Below, in pieces: positions 9,444 to 20,862 of a stretch of DNA of 64,000 bases. Location of the stretch: positions 13,806 through 77,805 of the forward strand of contig CAWKZU010000005.1 in assembly GCA_963854585.1 (NCBI GenBank), written 5' to 3'. Position 1 is the first letter of the stretch, and each line of letters opens with the position of its first letter. This DNA is from Gammaproteobacteria bacterium. Lineage in GTDB: Bacteria > Pseudomonadota > Gammaproteobacteria > Pseudomonadales > Porticoccaceae. The position numbers were made by a program, and so were the translations under genes. The notes beneath the pieces are model-generated. The model did no database searches and had not been told where the DNA came from. It worked only from the letters and a program-made list of their open reading frames with translations.

Positions 9444-10745
9444 ATGCAAAAGTTTTCTAAAATGACCGGTATCTCGGTGGTCGTTGCCAATATGATAGGG
9501 ACCGGCGTTTTTACCAGCCTGGGGTTTCAGTTACTGGGTATTCAGTCTTACTTTGCACTGATGATGCTGTGGTTAATTGGCGGCTTAACTGCACTTTGTG
9601 GGGCACTCACTTACGCTGAACTGGGTGCGAATTTGCCGCGTTCGGGCGGTGAATATAATTTTCTGGGCCGCCTCTATCACCCCTGCGCCGGTTTTATTTC
9701 AGGCTGGGTGTCTGCGACAGTGGGTTTTGCTGCTCCTGTCGCACTTGCCGCCATGACCTTTGGCGCCTATCTGTCGGCGGTATTTCCTGGACTATCTGGA
9801 ACCTTATCGGCAGTGACCCTAGTTGCATTACTCACCATTGTCCATTGCCTTTCCCATAGCGCAAGCAGTAAGGTACAACAGGTTTTTACGGTGTTAAAAG
9901 TGCTCTTGATTTTGCTGTTTTGCCTGATTCTTTTTGTCTGGGGAAACAGCCCGCAGGCCATCAATTTAATGCCTCAAGCAGGCGATGAGACGCTTTTATT
10001 CGGCGGGGCTTTCGCAGTGGCTCTAATCTATGTGAACTATGCTTACACTGGCTGGAACGCAGTCACCTATGTCACCAGCGAACTGGACAACCCACAACGC
10101 AACCTACCCATCGTTTTATTTTTCGGAACCGGCATCGTTATGGTTCTTTATTTGCTGCTGAACTTCACTTTCTTAAACTCAGCTCCGATTAACATATTAG
10201 AGGGTAAGTTAGAGATCGGATTGATCGCTGCTGAATATGCTCTAGGCGGCAATGCCGGAAAAATCATGGGAGGCGTTCTAGCCTTACTGCTTATCTCAAC
10301 CGTCAGTGCTATGACGATGGCCGGCCCACGCGTATTACAGGTCATTGGCGAGGACTTTACGCTGTTCAATAAACTCAGCCGCGTCAATGGCGACGGAATA
10401 CCTGCGACTGCAATTGTCTTTCAATGCCTGCTGGCAATCATCTTTATTGTTAGCGCAACCTTCGAGTCGGTGCTAATTTTTTCCAGCTTCGTGCTAGGTA
10501 TTAATACGTTATTTTCAGTGATCGGTGTTTTTGTGCTGCGCTATAAAAAACTTAATGTGAAAGGCGCATACCGCACATTTGGCTACCCTGTGGTTCCTTT
10601 GATTTATCTAGCGGTCACTTTATGGACTCTTGCCTACGTTTTAATTTCACGTCCACAAGAGGGTTTGATTGGATTGGCTATTATTATTGCGGGCGGCCTT
10701 ATCTATGCAGTCACTGCAAACAAAGAGCAAGATTCGGGTCGATAA
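9444..10745 (+). CDS. APC-superfamily amino acid permease
   Basis: NMIGTGVFTSLG, YAELGANLPRSGGEY, YAYTGWN, AGPRV motifs; about 12 hydrophobic segments. Confidence 0.93.
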   Translation: MQKFSKMTGISVVVANMIGTGVFTSLGFQLLGIQSYFALMMLWLIGGLTALCGALTYAELGANLPRSGGEYNFLGRLYHPCAGFISGWVSATVGFAAPVALAAMTFGAYLSAVFPGLSGTLSAVTLVALLTIVHCLSHSASSKVQQVFTVLKVLLILLFCLILFVWGNSPQAINLMPQAGDETLLFGGAFAVALIYVNYAYTGWNAVTYVTSELDNPQRNLPIVLFFGTGIVMVLYLLLNFTFLNSAPINILEGKLEIGLIAAEYALGGNAGKIMGGVLALLLISTVSAMTMAGPRVLQVIGEDFTLFNKLSRVNGDGIPATAIVFQCLLAIIFIVSATFESVLIFSSFVLGINTLFSVIGVFVLRYKKLNVKGAYRTFGYPVVPLIYLAVTLWTLAYVLISRPQEGLIGLAIIIAGGLIYAVTANKEQDSGR

Positions 10746-10753
10746 TGCCGCAG

Positions 10754-10787
10754 TTGTTGAAGCCACTGTCTTTATCGGCTCCAACAA
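10754..10787. terminator. Stem-loop between the convergent APC permease and aldehyde dehydrogenase genes
   Basis: ttgttgaagcc (10754-10764) pairs with ggctccaacaa (10777-10787), with one G-U on the minus strand; no clear U-tract. Confidence 0.45.
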
Positions 10788-10862
10788 TCGAACAACATCA
10801 ACCCTCTCTGACCAGTCAAGCAGTGCATTCACGCTTGGGAATCCGGCCTCAGAATAGACCTG

Positions 10863-12281
10863 TTAGCTAGTGATCCCTTTTATTTCCAGATAATCATCAA
10901 AACCAAACTCACCCCACTCCCTGCCATTACCTGATTGCTTGTAACCACCAAAAGGCGCCGCATAATCTTGAGATGCACTGTTGACACTTACCATACCAGC
11001 CCGCAATTGACTCCCCACTCGCCGAGCTCGTTCTGCACTAGAAGTGCTAAAATAGGCCGCCAACCCATAAGGTGTGTCATTAGCGATCTCTATGGCTTGC
11101 TCCTCTGTATCAAACGGAATCATAGCCAGCACAGGCCCAAATATTTCCTCCTGCGCAATCGTCATTTGATTGTTAACCCCAGCAAAAACCGTTGGCTTTA
11201 CGAAATAACCAGAATTAAATCCTTCTGGCTTACCTAAACCTCCGGCCACCAACGTCGCGCCTTCTGAAATACCTTTTTCAATTAATCCCTGCACTTTTTC
11301 AAACTGCACTCGACTAGACAATGGCCCTATATGCCCACCTTGACTAGTCGGTTGATCAACCACCACACTCTGAGCTGCCTGTTTGGCAATCTCAACAGCC
11401 TGATCATAAACCGAAGACTGGACTAACATACGCGAAGGCGCATTGCAGGACTGTCCAGTGTTACTCATCATCCTTATAACACCGCCACTGACTGCACTCT
11501 CAAGGTCCGCATCATCAAAAATAATGTTAGGTGACTTGCCGCCCAGTTCTTGAGTTACTCTTTTGACCGTTGGAGCCGCAGCTTGAGCCACCAAGACTCC
11601 AGCTCGCGTGGAGCCTGTAAAAGAAACCATATCAACATCAGGATGACTGGCAATGACCGCGCCCACATTGGGTCCATCGCCATTAACCATATTGTAAACA
11701 CCTGCGGGAAACCCAGCTTGGTGCATTATTTCGGTGAACAGATAGCCCGATATTGGCGCAATTTCGCTGGGTTTAAGAACCATAGTGCATCCAGTCGCCA
11801 GGGCGGGCGCAACCTTGCAACTGATCTGATTAATAGGCCAATTCCAAGGGGTAATAAAACCGCAAACGCCAATCGGCTCTTTCACAATTCGTGTGTTGCC
11901 CACTTGACGCTCAAATTCAAATTGTTTTAATGCTTCCAATGCAGTATTTATATGACCGCGGCCAGTGTCTGCCTGGGCGGCAGTAGCAAAGGAAATCGGC
12001 GCGCCCATCTCTACAGAAATAGCGACCGACATCTCGTCGTAGCGATCCATGTAAATTTGTAGTAGTTTCTCCATTAAGGCAACCCGCTCCTCGATACTAG
12101 TCTGGGAGTAACTTGCGAACGCGCGCTTAGCTGCAGCAACCGCCAAATTAACATCAGTCTCGCCCCCAAGAGAAATGGTTGCAACCATTTCCTCATTGGC
12201 TGGGTTTTCAACCTCCAGATCATTACTGTGAGTTGGATCAACCCACTCGCCATTAATATAAAACTTGCGTAAGTCCTTCAT
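10863..12281 (-). CDS. NAD(P)-dependent aldehyde dehydrogenase
   Basis: ITPWNWP, LKPSE, FTGST, ELGGKSP, GQSC (catalytic Cys), EEIFGP, PFGGYKQSG. ATG 12281 preferred (GAGG RBS). Confidence 0.95.
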   Translation of the reverse strand: MKDLRKFYINGEWVDPTHSNDLEVENPANEEMVATISLGGETDVNLAVAAAKRAFASYSQTSIEERVALMEKLLQIYMDRYDEMSVAISVEMGAPISFATAAQADTGRGHINTALEALKQFEFERQVGNTRIVKEPIGVCGFITPWNWPINQISCKVAPALATGCTMVLKPSEIAPISGYLFTEIMHQAGFPAGVYNMVNGDGPNVGAVIASHPDVDMVSFTGSTRAGVLVAQAAAPTVKRVTQELGGKSPNIIFDDADLESAVSGGVIRMMSNTGQSCNAPSRMLVQSSVYDQAVEIAKQAAQSVVVDQPTSQGGHIGPLSSRVQFEKVQGLIEKGISEGATLVAGGLGKPEGFNSGYFVKPTVFAGVNNQMTIAQEEIFGPVLAMIPFDTEEQAIEIANDTPYGLAAYFSTSSAERARRVGSQLRAGMVSVNSASQDYAAPFGGYKQSGNGREWGEFGFDDYLEIKGITS

Positions 12282-12370
12282 AAACACCTCTCATTAACTA
12301 TTTCAGAAAACCAACATAACTACACTTTAAACCAATAAGATCGATTACCCATATACCCTATCGGGGGTCT

Positions 12371-12802
12371 CTATTCTAAAAGCGCCTCGATAGAGGCTAG
12401 TGTCTGAGGGCCGATCAACCGATGCAATAACTCACCCTCGGGACTGATAATTAGCGTCTCCGGAAGTATAGTAACAGGCTCAAGACCCCAAACATCCCGC
12501 GGATCTCCAACTAGACTAGGAAACTCAATACCCAACTTTTCTATTTCACCCAATAATTCTTGACCCTGCGAACCATCAAAATTAACGCCCACCACAGTGA
12601 CTGTTTCAGCATAATGAGATGCTAACTCGTTAAGTTCAGGGATTTCTTTGCGGCACGGTGCACACCAGACTGCCCAATAATTAATCACTATTAGTTTCTC
12701 AGGGTTTGTCAGGTTGAGACTGCCACCTTGTACTAAAGGGTAACTGGCATCGCTTGAACAGCCAAATAGCAAACAAGTCGCCAGCATTATTCTTTTTAAC
12801 AT
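12371..12802 (-). CDS. TlpA-family thiol-disulfide reductase lipoprotein
   Basis: NYWAVWCAPCRKEIP, LPET. Start moved to ATG 12802, giving signal MLKRIMLATCLLFGC with a lipobox. Confidence 0.88.
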   Translation of the reverse strand: MLKRIMLATCLLFGCSSDASYPLVQGGSLNLTNPEKLIVINYWAVWCAPCRKEIPELNELASHYAETVTVVGVNFDGSQGQELLGEIEKLGIEFPSLVGDPRDVWGLEPVTILPETLIISPEGELLHRLIGPQTLASIEALLE

Positions 12803-13070
12803 AAAATTTTCTTTCCACTTATTATCAATATAATGGCAGCAGGTTACCCGTAACGAAAAATAGTTCATTACACCGCTAAGGCATTTATAACTGTATCTCG
12901 GCGTCGAGCACATACTCATTAAGACACCACAGTTTACACCATATGATTTATTTGAAGTAGCGAGAATCATGTGGGATCAGTGCGTCTATCAACAGGTTTT
13001 GTGGGCATGTCTTTTGGTTTTTCTTGATTGGCCTTACAATGAGCGTAAATTCGCAATCCTATTAAATGCC

Positions 13071-14011
<941 letters not shown>

Positions 14012-14041
14012 AATACATTGTACGAACCGTAACATTAAATA

Positions 14042-14404
14042 ATGACAAGGCATTCCATCTTGAAAATTGAATCAATATTATCTACCGCACAACTTACCAC
14101 CCGCGGGAGCTTTTTTTCCTTACTCCTCACGCTGACAGTAAATCTTTGGCAGCAACATGCACCAGGTGTGATTTACTTTTTATACCTACTGCCGCTGATA
14201 ATCTTTATTCCGGGAATTATTAGGGGTGAAACACGCACTCTAATCTGGCTAGGCTTTGTGCTCTTGCTATACTTTGCTATAGCCATCGCCAAGATGAGTA
14301 AGCCAGAACCATTAGCTTTAGATATGATGGAGCTAGCGTTGACTGTTATACTGTTTAGTTCAGCCTCTGTAACAGCGCGCATAAAACAAAAACATAACCT
14401 GTGA
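14042..14404 (+). CDS. DUF2069-family small membrane protein
   Basis: Four hydrophobic segments, LPLIIFIPGI...WLGFVLLLYF; usual position after wrbA. Confidence 0.7.
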   Translation: MTRHSILKIESILSTAQLTTRGSFFSLLLTLTVNLWQQHAPGVIYFLYLLPLIIFIPGIIRGETRTLIWLGFVLLLYFAIAIAKMSKPEPLALDMMELALTVILFSSASVTARIKQKHNL

Positions 14405-14433
14405 TAACCCATAAGACTTCAAAGGATCTTTAG

Positions 14434-16290
14434 ATGACCGAGAAAAAACCAGGCCTTTTCAAGCGTGCCTTTAGTGTACTTGGACGCATTTTTTCCACTA
14501 TTCGGAATGTCTTTAGTTTTTTGATTTTTGGCTTTTTTATCCTCGCTATTGGCGGTATGTTTGGTGAGAACCTGCAGCCCATACCAGAGAAAGGTGCTCT
14601 TTACCTTGCCCCGCAAGGATTTCTTGTTGATCAAAAAACATATACGGATCCTTTTAATCAAATTCTTTTTCAAGATGATCAGCAAAACTCTGAAACACTC
14701 GTCAGAGATGTCGTTGAAGCAATAGACACCGCTCTTGATGATGAAAGAATTACACACCTACTTCTTGATACAGACTATATGGCCGGCGGCAGTCTGAGCA
14801 AACTGGAAGAAATTGGCTCAGCACTAAAGCGCTTTGGTGCCCAAAAAACGATTATTGCCATAGGCGATAACTTCACTCAATCACAATATTTTCTTGCTGC
14901 TCACGCCGATGAAATTATGCTAAATCCGCTTGGTGGAGTAATGATAACGGGCTTTGGCTCTTATCGCAGTTACTTTAAAGAAGCACTGGATAATCTGAAA
15001 ATCACAATAAACATTTTTCGTGCTGGACAATACAAAAGCGCAGTAGAGCCGTTAATGGGCAATACCATGTCTCCGCAGGTGCGTGATGAAACACAGTATT
15101 TACTTGGAGATCTGTGGCAGTTCTATATTGCAGAGGTTGAAGATTTGAGATTCCTTGAAACTGGCACTATTAATGAATATGCCAACAATCTTCATCTCAC
15201 ACTGGTAGATAATGGTGGCGACTTCGCAGCACTTGCCAAAGAAATTGGATTAATTGATGTCATTGCTACTCGCACGGAGATCATCGATTATTTGAACGAT
15301 AGCATCCCAGGCTCAGAGGGCGAATTTGACAGTATCGACATGGATAGTTACCTCGAAAATATCAGGCTCAACACTCTCCAATCTTCTGATAAAGAAAACC
15401 AAATTGCTATGGTCGTAGCCAGCGGTACGATTATGGATGGTCAGCAGCCTGAGGGAAGTATTGGAGGAGATACGCTTGCAGGTATTTTTACGGAATTACG
15501 TGAAGATGAGTCCGTGAAGGCGGTTGTATTGCGTATTGATAGTGGTGGAGGTAGTGCTTTTGCCTCAGAGATTATTCGCGATTCCATTAATGCTACACGC
15601 AAGAAAGGAATCCCAGTGGTCGTTTCAATGAGCGGTGTCGCCGCTTCTGGAGGTTATTGGATTGCGGCAGAAACTGACCGAGTCTTGGCCATGTCGACGA
15701 GTATAACTGGCTCGATTGGTGTCTGGGGGGTATTCCCAACTATCGACCAATCCCTCGCGAATTTGGGTGTCTATTCAGATGGCGTTGGTACCACCGATAT
15801 CTCGGCTATGATGGAAATTGATCGGCCCTTATCCCTACAAACAAAAGCTATTTTCCAATCTGGTGTCGATCATACCTACACTCGCTTTCTTGAACTTGTC
15901 GCTAACGGTCGTGGCTCAACACCTGCTGATGTCCACAAAATTGCTCAAGGCCGCGTTTGGACCGGTAATCAAGCATTAGCGAATGGTTTAATTGATGAGT
16001 TAGGAGACCTCAACGATGCTATCGAAGTAGCCGCTGAACTTGCAAATCTAGAGGACTATGAGATTGACTACCGTCGCAAACAGATGTCACCTATCGAAAC
16101 CCTGTTAACTGAAATCAACGGTAATGTCACCGAATCGCTGCACTACTTAGGATTAGGTTCTAATATTAAAACAGGTATTCCTCAAAGCCTTCAGCGTTAT
16201 GCCCAGAAAATCTTTGGCCCCCTGATAATGATCGACAATCTTAATGATCCCAGAGGACTTTATTTATACTGCGAAGACTGCTCTCTGTAG
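14434..16290 (+). CDS. sppA: Signal peptide peptidase SppA, 67 kDa type
   Basis: N-terminal TM; two S49 domains, YKSAVEP (Lys), RIDSGGGS, ASGGYW (Ser), ITGSIGV, GRVWTG. Confidence 0.95.
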   Translation: MTEKKPGLFKRAFSVLGRIFSTIRNVFSFLIFGFFILAIGGMFGENLQPIPEKGALYLAPQGFLVDQKTYTDPFNQILFQDDQQNSETLVRDVVEAIDTALDDERITHLLLDTDYMAGGSLSKLEEIGSALKRFGAQKTIIAIGDNFTQSQYFLAAHADEIMLNPLGGVMITGFGSYRSYFKEALDNLKITINIFRAGQYKSAVEPLMGNTMSPQVRDETQYLLGDLWQFYIAEVEDLRFLETGTINEYANNLHLTLVDNGGDFAALAKEIGLIDVIATRTEIIDYLNDSIPGSEGEFDSIDMDSYLENIRLNTLQSSDKENQIAMVVASGTIMDGQQPEGSIGGDTLAGIFTELREDESVKAVVLRIDSGGGSAFASEIIRDSINATRKKGIPVVVSMSGVAASGGYWIAAETDRVLAMSTSITGSIGVWGVFPTIDQSLANLGVYSDGVGTTDISAMMEIDRPLSLQTKAIFQSGVDHTYTRFLELVANGRGSTPADVHKIAQGRVWTGNQALANGLIDELGDLNDAIEVAAELANLEDYEIDYRRKQMSPIETLLTEINGNVTESLHYLGLGSNIKTGIPQSLQRYAQKIFGPLIMIDNLNDPRGLYLYCEDCSL

Positions 16291-16316
16291 ACAACTCACA
16301 CAAAACTCTCAGTCAG

Positions 16317-16347
16317 CAGAAAATCTCGAAATTCGAGAGGTTTTCTG
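16317..16347. terminator. Stem-loop between convergent sppA and hda
   Basis: cagaaaa-tctcgaa-a-ttcgaga-gg-ttttctg. Confidence 0.55.
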
Positions 16348-17049
16348 TCACAAATCAAGAAACTCTTTCACAAAAGGTAATGTTAATCTTCGCTGTTCTC
16401 GCAGTGAAGCCTTATCCAGTACCTCTAAAGCCTGCATCATGGAATGACTGTTTCTAGGTAACCGATTCAGCAAGAAATTAGCCACTTCATCGGACAAATA
16501 TAAACCACGGCTATTAGCGCGATACTGTAAAAGCCGCCTTTGATCTTCGTCTTTATAGGCCGGTAGATGCAGCGATACGCCGGATTTCAACCTGGACAGC
16601 AAATCTTGTAATTTCAAGCCCAGATGATCTGGACTGCTGTGCGCAGAGATGATGAGACGGCAACCACTATCACGGCATCGATTAAATAAGTTAAAAAGTG
16701 GCACTTGCCACTCCTCAAGATGCGCGACCAATTGCAGGTCGTCAATACAGACTATTGGGGCCAATTCAAGGGCTTCAAAAATCTGCTCCGGGGGGTAGCT
16801 ACACAATTCCTTTAAGGGTAAATAAATCGCGCCAGAATTATGCCCAAGTGCAGTGGTCTGACAGCTCGCCTGAAGAAGGTGCGACAAGCCCACACCACTA
16901 GCGCCAGACAAATAAGCGAAACGCCTGCCATCATCTTTTAGTAAAAAGGTTGCCATGTGCTGCGGCGTGCCATTGGGCGCATAAAAGTTATCAAAGGTCG
17001 CCTGGTCGTCCAGGGCAACTGGCAAACTAAGTTGCTGAAAATTTTGCAT
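16348..17049 (-). CDS. hda: DnaA regulatory inactivator Hda
   Basis: Clamp-binding QLSLP, VCIDDL, LFNLFN, DLLSRL arginine finger, LTLPFVKEFL; next to DUF2066/purM. Confidence 0.92.
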   Translation of the reverse strand: MQNFQQLSLPVALDDQATFDNFYAPNGTPQHMATFLLKDDGRRFAYLSGASGVGLSHLLQASCQTTALGHNSGAIYLPLKELCSYPPEQIFEALELAPIVCIDDLQLVAHLEEWQVPLFNLFNRCRDSGCRLIISAHSSPDHLGLKLQDLLSRLKSGVSLHLPAYKDEDQRRLLQYRANSRGLYLSDEVANFLLNRLPRNSHSMMQALEVLDKASLREQRRLTLPFVKEFLDL

Positions 17050-18146
17050 TATTTAATCCAATCGAATGTAAGCTGCTGACTTTCTGTCTCTATATCAGCA
17101 TTCCGATCGCGAAATCGGCCACTGCGCACAAGGGCATTACTCAGTAATTCTTGGCCACCTTCAGCCTCTACTGACATTATAATCTGATTTCCTCTTGCAG
17201 AAAACAGATCAACCGAGTCTATAATCTCTAATTTTTTGAGTTGCTTAAGTACCGATTGATAAGCGCTGTATGAATTAATATTATAAATTTCTAGCAATAA
17301 TTCATTGGTGTCTGATCGAGGTATATAACTAAAAGACCGAGTCATACGATCGAGCAAATTATCAACGGTCATGGCTAAAAAATGCTCGTCCCCCTCAGAT
17401 CGAAAATCGTTCAACTGTCGCCGCCCCCCTGCCTGAGATAACCACGAACCACGAATCTCCCCAGTGGATGTACGATAAAACCGTAAAGCAATCCAACCGT
17501 CTGTTTGGTAGCGTTGGGAAGCCAGCGCAAGGGCATCAGCTTTTAGATTCCAAGCTTGCTCTATCGGTAAGGCTAATTGATCCTCTAGGTCAAAAGTGGG
17601 GAGTATGTAAGGAATCCCACGGGATCCCATAGCCCGGTCAAAACGCATCAAAAAATCTGTGTCACCAGAATCTCTAGTGCTCTTTGCCGACATCTCTTCT
17701 CCGATAAATCCACGACCCACAGTGGGGTCATCACGGATAATCCAAACTAAGAACTTGGGCCTATTTGAGGGTAAGATCGGTAATTGTGCCTGTCGGATCA
17801 ATAGATCTATTGCCGAGCGTGAAAATTTAACTCTCAAGCCAAAACTCGGCTTATCAGACTGAGCATCCTTTTCGCTTATATTAAGGGGCAGGTCCTCAAA
17901 GCTTAAGGCATCGACGTAACCATTAGCATCACTCAAATATGGCGCGAGGCGAGTTGACTGGAAGGTTTGACTATTGCCCGTTAATTTTATGAGCACATTT
18001 TGCAAGGCATCTAAGACTCCTTGTTCGCGTGCAGAAGAGCCTTGATCTGCTATAGGCACTATGGCGCTATATAAATCATTAACCTCTTCAGCCGCACAAT
18101 ACGGGCTAACAAAGAACAATACTAGAATCAAAAGATGCCGTAACAT
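17049..18146 (-). CDS. DUF2066 family exported protein
   Basis: Signal peptide, VNDLYSAIVP, ALQNVLIKLTG, RGIPYILP; usual hda-purM position. Confidence 0.8.
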   Translation of the reverse strand: MLRHLLILVLFFVSPYCAAEEVNDLYSAIVPIADQGSSAREQGVLDALQNVLIKLTGNSQTFQSTRLAPYLSDANGYVDALSFEDLPLNISEKDAQSDKPSFGLRVKFSRSAIDLLIRQAQLPILPSNRPKFLVWIIRDDPTVGRGFIGEEMSAKSTRDSGDTDFLMRFDRAMGSRGIPYILPTFDLEDQLALPIEQAWNLKADALALASQRYQTDGWIALRFYRTSTGEIRGSWLSQAGGRRQLNDFRSEGDEHFLAMTVDNLLDRMTRSFSYIPRSDTNELLLEIYNINSYSAYQSVLKQLKKLEIIDSVDLFSARGNQIIMSVEAEGGQELLSNALVRSGRFRDRNADIETESQQLTFDWIK

Positions 18147-18299
18147 ATCTACTCCAAACTAATGTCTGACATTGTACCAGTGGTTAATCAAGATTAGACT
18201 CCTGTACTGAGAAATACACAGCGTAAAATAAGATTAATTAAAAAATAGCGCCCGCCTATCAGCCGCGCTAAAATAGCGGTTTTCCAAAGGAACCCTCCC

Positions 18300-19355
18300 A
18301 TGTCCGAAAAAAATCAATCTTTGAGCTACAAAGATGCTGGTGTCGATATTGATGCAGGTAACGCCCTGATCGAAAAAATAAAAGGTGCCGCAAAGCGTAC
18401 TCGCCGCTCTGAAGTCATGGCAGGCCTGGGTGGTTTTGGCGCACTTTTCGAGCTACCCACAGGGTACAAAGAACCCGTATTGGTGTCTGGTACTGACGGT
18501 GTAGGCACCAAACTTCGGCTCGCACTGGATCATAACAAGCATGACACTGTTGGTATTGACCTGGTAGCCATGTGCGTGAACGACCTCATTGTATGTGGCG
18601 CAGAACCTCTCTTCTTCTTAGACTATTACGCAACAGGAAAGCTCGACATAGACACTGCCGCAGCTGTCGTTAATGGTATAGCTGACGGATGTGAACTTTC
18701 CGGTTGTTCTTTGATTGGCGGTGAAACCGCTGAAATGCCTGGGATGTATGAAGATAAAGACTATGATCTTGCTGGTTTTTGTGTCGGTATTGCCGAAAAG
18801 TCCAAAATCATCGACGGTAGCCAAGTTGCAATAGGTGATACATTAATTGGCTTGGCCTCCAGCGGCCCCCATTCCAATGGCTATTCTCTGATACGCAAAG
18901 TACTTGAGGTTACCAACACAGACCCCGCAAACACAAAGCTTGATGGGGTCCCGATCATTGATTTACTTATGACCCCTACAAAAATCTATGTAAAGTCACT
19001 ACTTGGTCTGATTGCACAATCTCCTGTAAACGCCCTAGCCCATATTACAGGTGGTGGTTTACTCGAAAATATCCCACGTGTACTGCCGGAAAATGCTAAA
19101 GCAATTATTGATACCAACTCTTGGGTACGACCATCTATTTTCGATTGGTTACAGCAAGGTGGCAATATTGACGAACATGAAATGCATCGCACCCTTAATT
19201 GTGGTGTCGGCATGGTTATCTGTGTGCCCGCATCAAGTGCACAGAATACATTGACTATTTTGGCTGATAGCGGTGAAACTGCCTTTATCCTCGGCTCGAT
19301 TGATGAGATGAAAGCTGGCGACGATCAAGTCCAACTATTAGGGCTTGCTCAATGA
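18300..19355 (+). CDS. purM: Phosphoribosylformylglycinamidine cyclo-ligase PurM
   Basis: [37 protein letters not shown]. Confidence 0.99.
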   Translation: MSEKNQSLSYKDAGVDIDAGNALIEKIKGAAKRTRRSEVMAGLGGFGALFELPTGYKEPVLVSGTDGVGTKLRLALDHNKHDTVGIDLVAMCVNDLIVCGAEPLFFLDYYATGKLDIDTAAAVVNGIADGCELSGCSLIGGETAEMPGMYEDKDYDLAGFCVGIAEKSKIIDGSQVAIGDTLIGLASSGPHSNGYSLIRKVLEVTNTDPANTKLDGVPIIDLLMTPTKIYVKSLLGLIAQSPVNALAHITGGGLLENIPRVLPENAKAIIDTNSWVRPSIFDWLQQGGNIDEHEMHRTLNCGVGMVICVPASSAQNTLTILADSGETAFILGSIDEMKAGDDQVQLLGLAQ

Positions 19356-20026
19356 GTACTGGCCAAAAGCCAACTTTTCGCATAGTCGTCCTTATTTCAG
19401 GAAGCGGTTCTAATCTACAGTCACTCATTGATGCTTGCGATAATAATCAAGTAAAAGCTCAGATCACTGCGGTGATTAGCAATAAGCCTAGCGTTAAAGG
19501 ATTAGACCGGGCAACTGCAGCCAACATTCCAACACTTGTTATTGATCATCGTGACTTTAGTTCTAGGCAGGAATTTGACCAACACCTTTTAGAGGCCATC
19601 CAAAACTTCTCACCCAACCTAGTCATCTTGGCTGGCTTTATGAGGATCCTAACCTCTAACTTTGTTAGTCAGTTTGAAGGCAAGCTACTCAACATACATC
19701 CCTCTTTGTTACCCGCCTACCAGGGCCTAGATACGCATCAGCGGGCAATAGATGCGGGTGATTCAAAAGCGGGCGCAACCGTACACTTTGTGACTCCAGA
19801 ACTAGATGGCGGGCCTCCAGTGCTTCAGGCTGAAGTCGCCATTAGTCCCACAGATGGCCCTCAAGATTTAGCCGCGCGGGTCTTAACGATGGAACATAAA
19901 ATATATCCAGCAGCTGCTCAATGGTTTTGTGACGGTCGTTTAACCTCGCAAAATGGCAAAGCCTTCTTGGACGGTGTAGTGATTGGAAAAAACGGAATAT
20001 TATTTGATGTTAATAATGAACGCTAA
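19352..20026 (+). CDS. purN: Phosphoribosylglycinamide formyltransferase PurN
   Basis: [30 protein letters not shown]. Confidence 0.98.
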   Translation: MSTGQKPTFRIVVLISGSGSNLQSLIDACDNNQVKAQITAVISNKPSVKGLDRATAANIPTLVIDHRDFSSRQEFDQHLLEAIQNFSPNLVILAGFMRILTSNFVSQFEGKLLNIHPSLLPAYQGLDTHQRAIDAGDSKAGATVHFVTPELDGGPPVLQAEVAISPTDGPQDLAARVLTMEHKIYPAAAQWFCDGRLTSQNGKAFLDGVVIGKNGILFDVNNER

Positions 20027-20082
20027 TCGTTTTTGTCACTCTAAAGCCTAATCGACTTGCTTAAAAACTTTTATAGGTAGAA

Positions 20083-20862
20083 ATGAATAGATCAGCAACA
20101 CTGAAGAGATTCACTCTAGTCATCGGGTTCATCACGATTTCGGCTGCAGTCTCACTGCTAAGCCCCTCATTGGCCGCAGCATCGATTACCAATAACGAAA
20201 TAGCCACTTATAGCGCGCAATACAGCGCTAATTATAATGGATTAGCCATCAAGGCTCACCACCAACTTCGTCAGTTAGAGGATGGGTCATACATAGAAAT
20301 CTTGAACGCTAAAAGTATTCTTGGCAAAATTAAAGAAAGCGCTAAATTTATAATCGATGATCACCAGAAAATTCTTCCTTATCAATACAACTACAAACGT
20401 TCACTGGTCGGTATATCCCGAGTAGAGAGTCAAGTTTTTGATTGGCCCAAGAAACAACTTAGATATGCTAAGAACGATAAAATCCAGGTTGTTAATCTCG
20501 AGCCGGGTGCGCTTGATATTGTTACTCACAAGTTACAATTACGGCATGACCTGCAAGAAGGAAAAACGATACTTTCCTATCCTGTCATGGCGCGTGATAA
20601 GCGAAAGCAGTATGATTATGAGGTTGTAGCGTTAGAGGTTCTAACCACTGAGATCGGACTCCTAAATACAACTAAGATTCGTAGAATCAATAACAGTAAT
20701 ACTCGTGAAACTGTTATTTGGCTAGCGACTGACTGGAACTTCTTAGTGGTACAATTAAGTCATACTGAGAAGGGCGACAGCCACCAACTAAAAATTATCC
20801 AAGGAAGGGTGAACGAGCGTGATATTTTACCCTTAGAGCCTATTGGAGAGAAAAAGATATGA
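20083..20862 (+). CDS. DUF3108 family exported protein
   Basis: Signal peptide, beta-rich, ETVIWLATDWNFLVVQL; usual position after purN. Confidence 0.75.
   Translation: MNRSATLKRFTLVIGFITISAAVSLLSPSLAAASITNNEIATYSAQYSANYNGLAIKAHHQLRQLEDGSYIEILNAKSILGKIKESAKFIIDDHQKILPYQYNYKRSLVGISRVESQVFDWPKKQLRYAKNDKIQVVNLEPGALDIVTHKLQLRHDLQEGKTILSYPVMARDKRKQYDYEVVALEVLTTEIGLLNTTKIRRINNSNTRETVIWLATDWNFLVVQLSHTEKGDSHQLKIIQGRVNERDILPLEPIGEKKI

Noticed and set aside
12803-13070. Long N-terminal extensions of the tlpA and arsC ORFs meeting at a shared CATG (12968-12971)
   Set aside because: The extensions have no family features. The tlpA lipoprotein signal and the ArsC N-terminus begin at 12802 and 13071, so unlike rsmI/lpoA this looks like chance.
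18202-18221. LexA-like CTGT...ACAG between DUF2066 and purM
   Set aside because: Spacer is 12 nt rather than 8.
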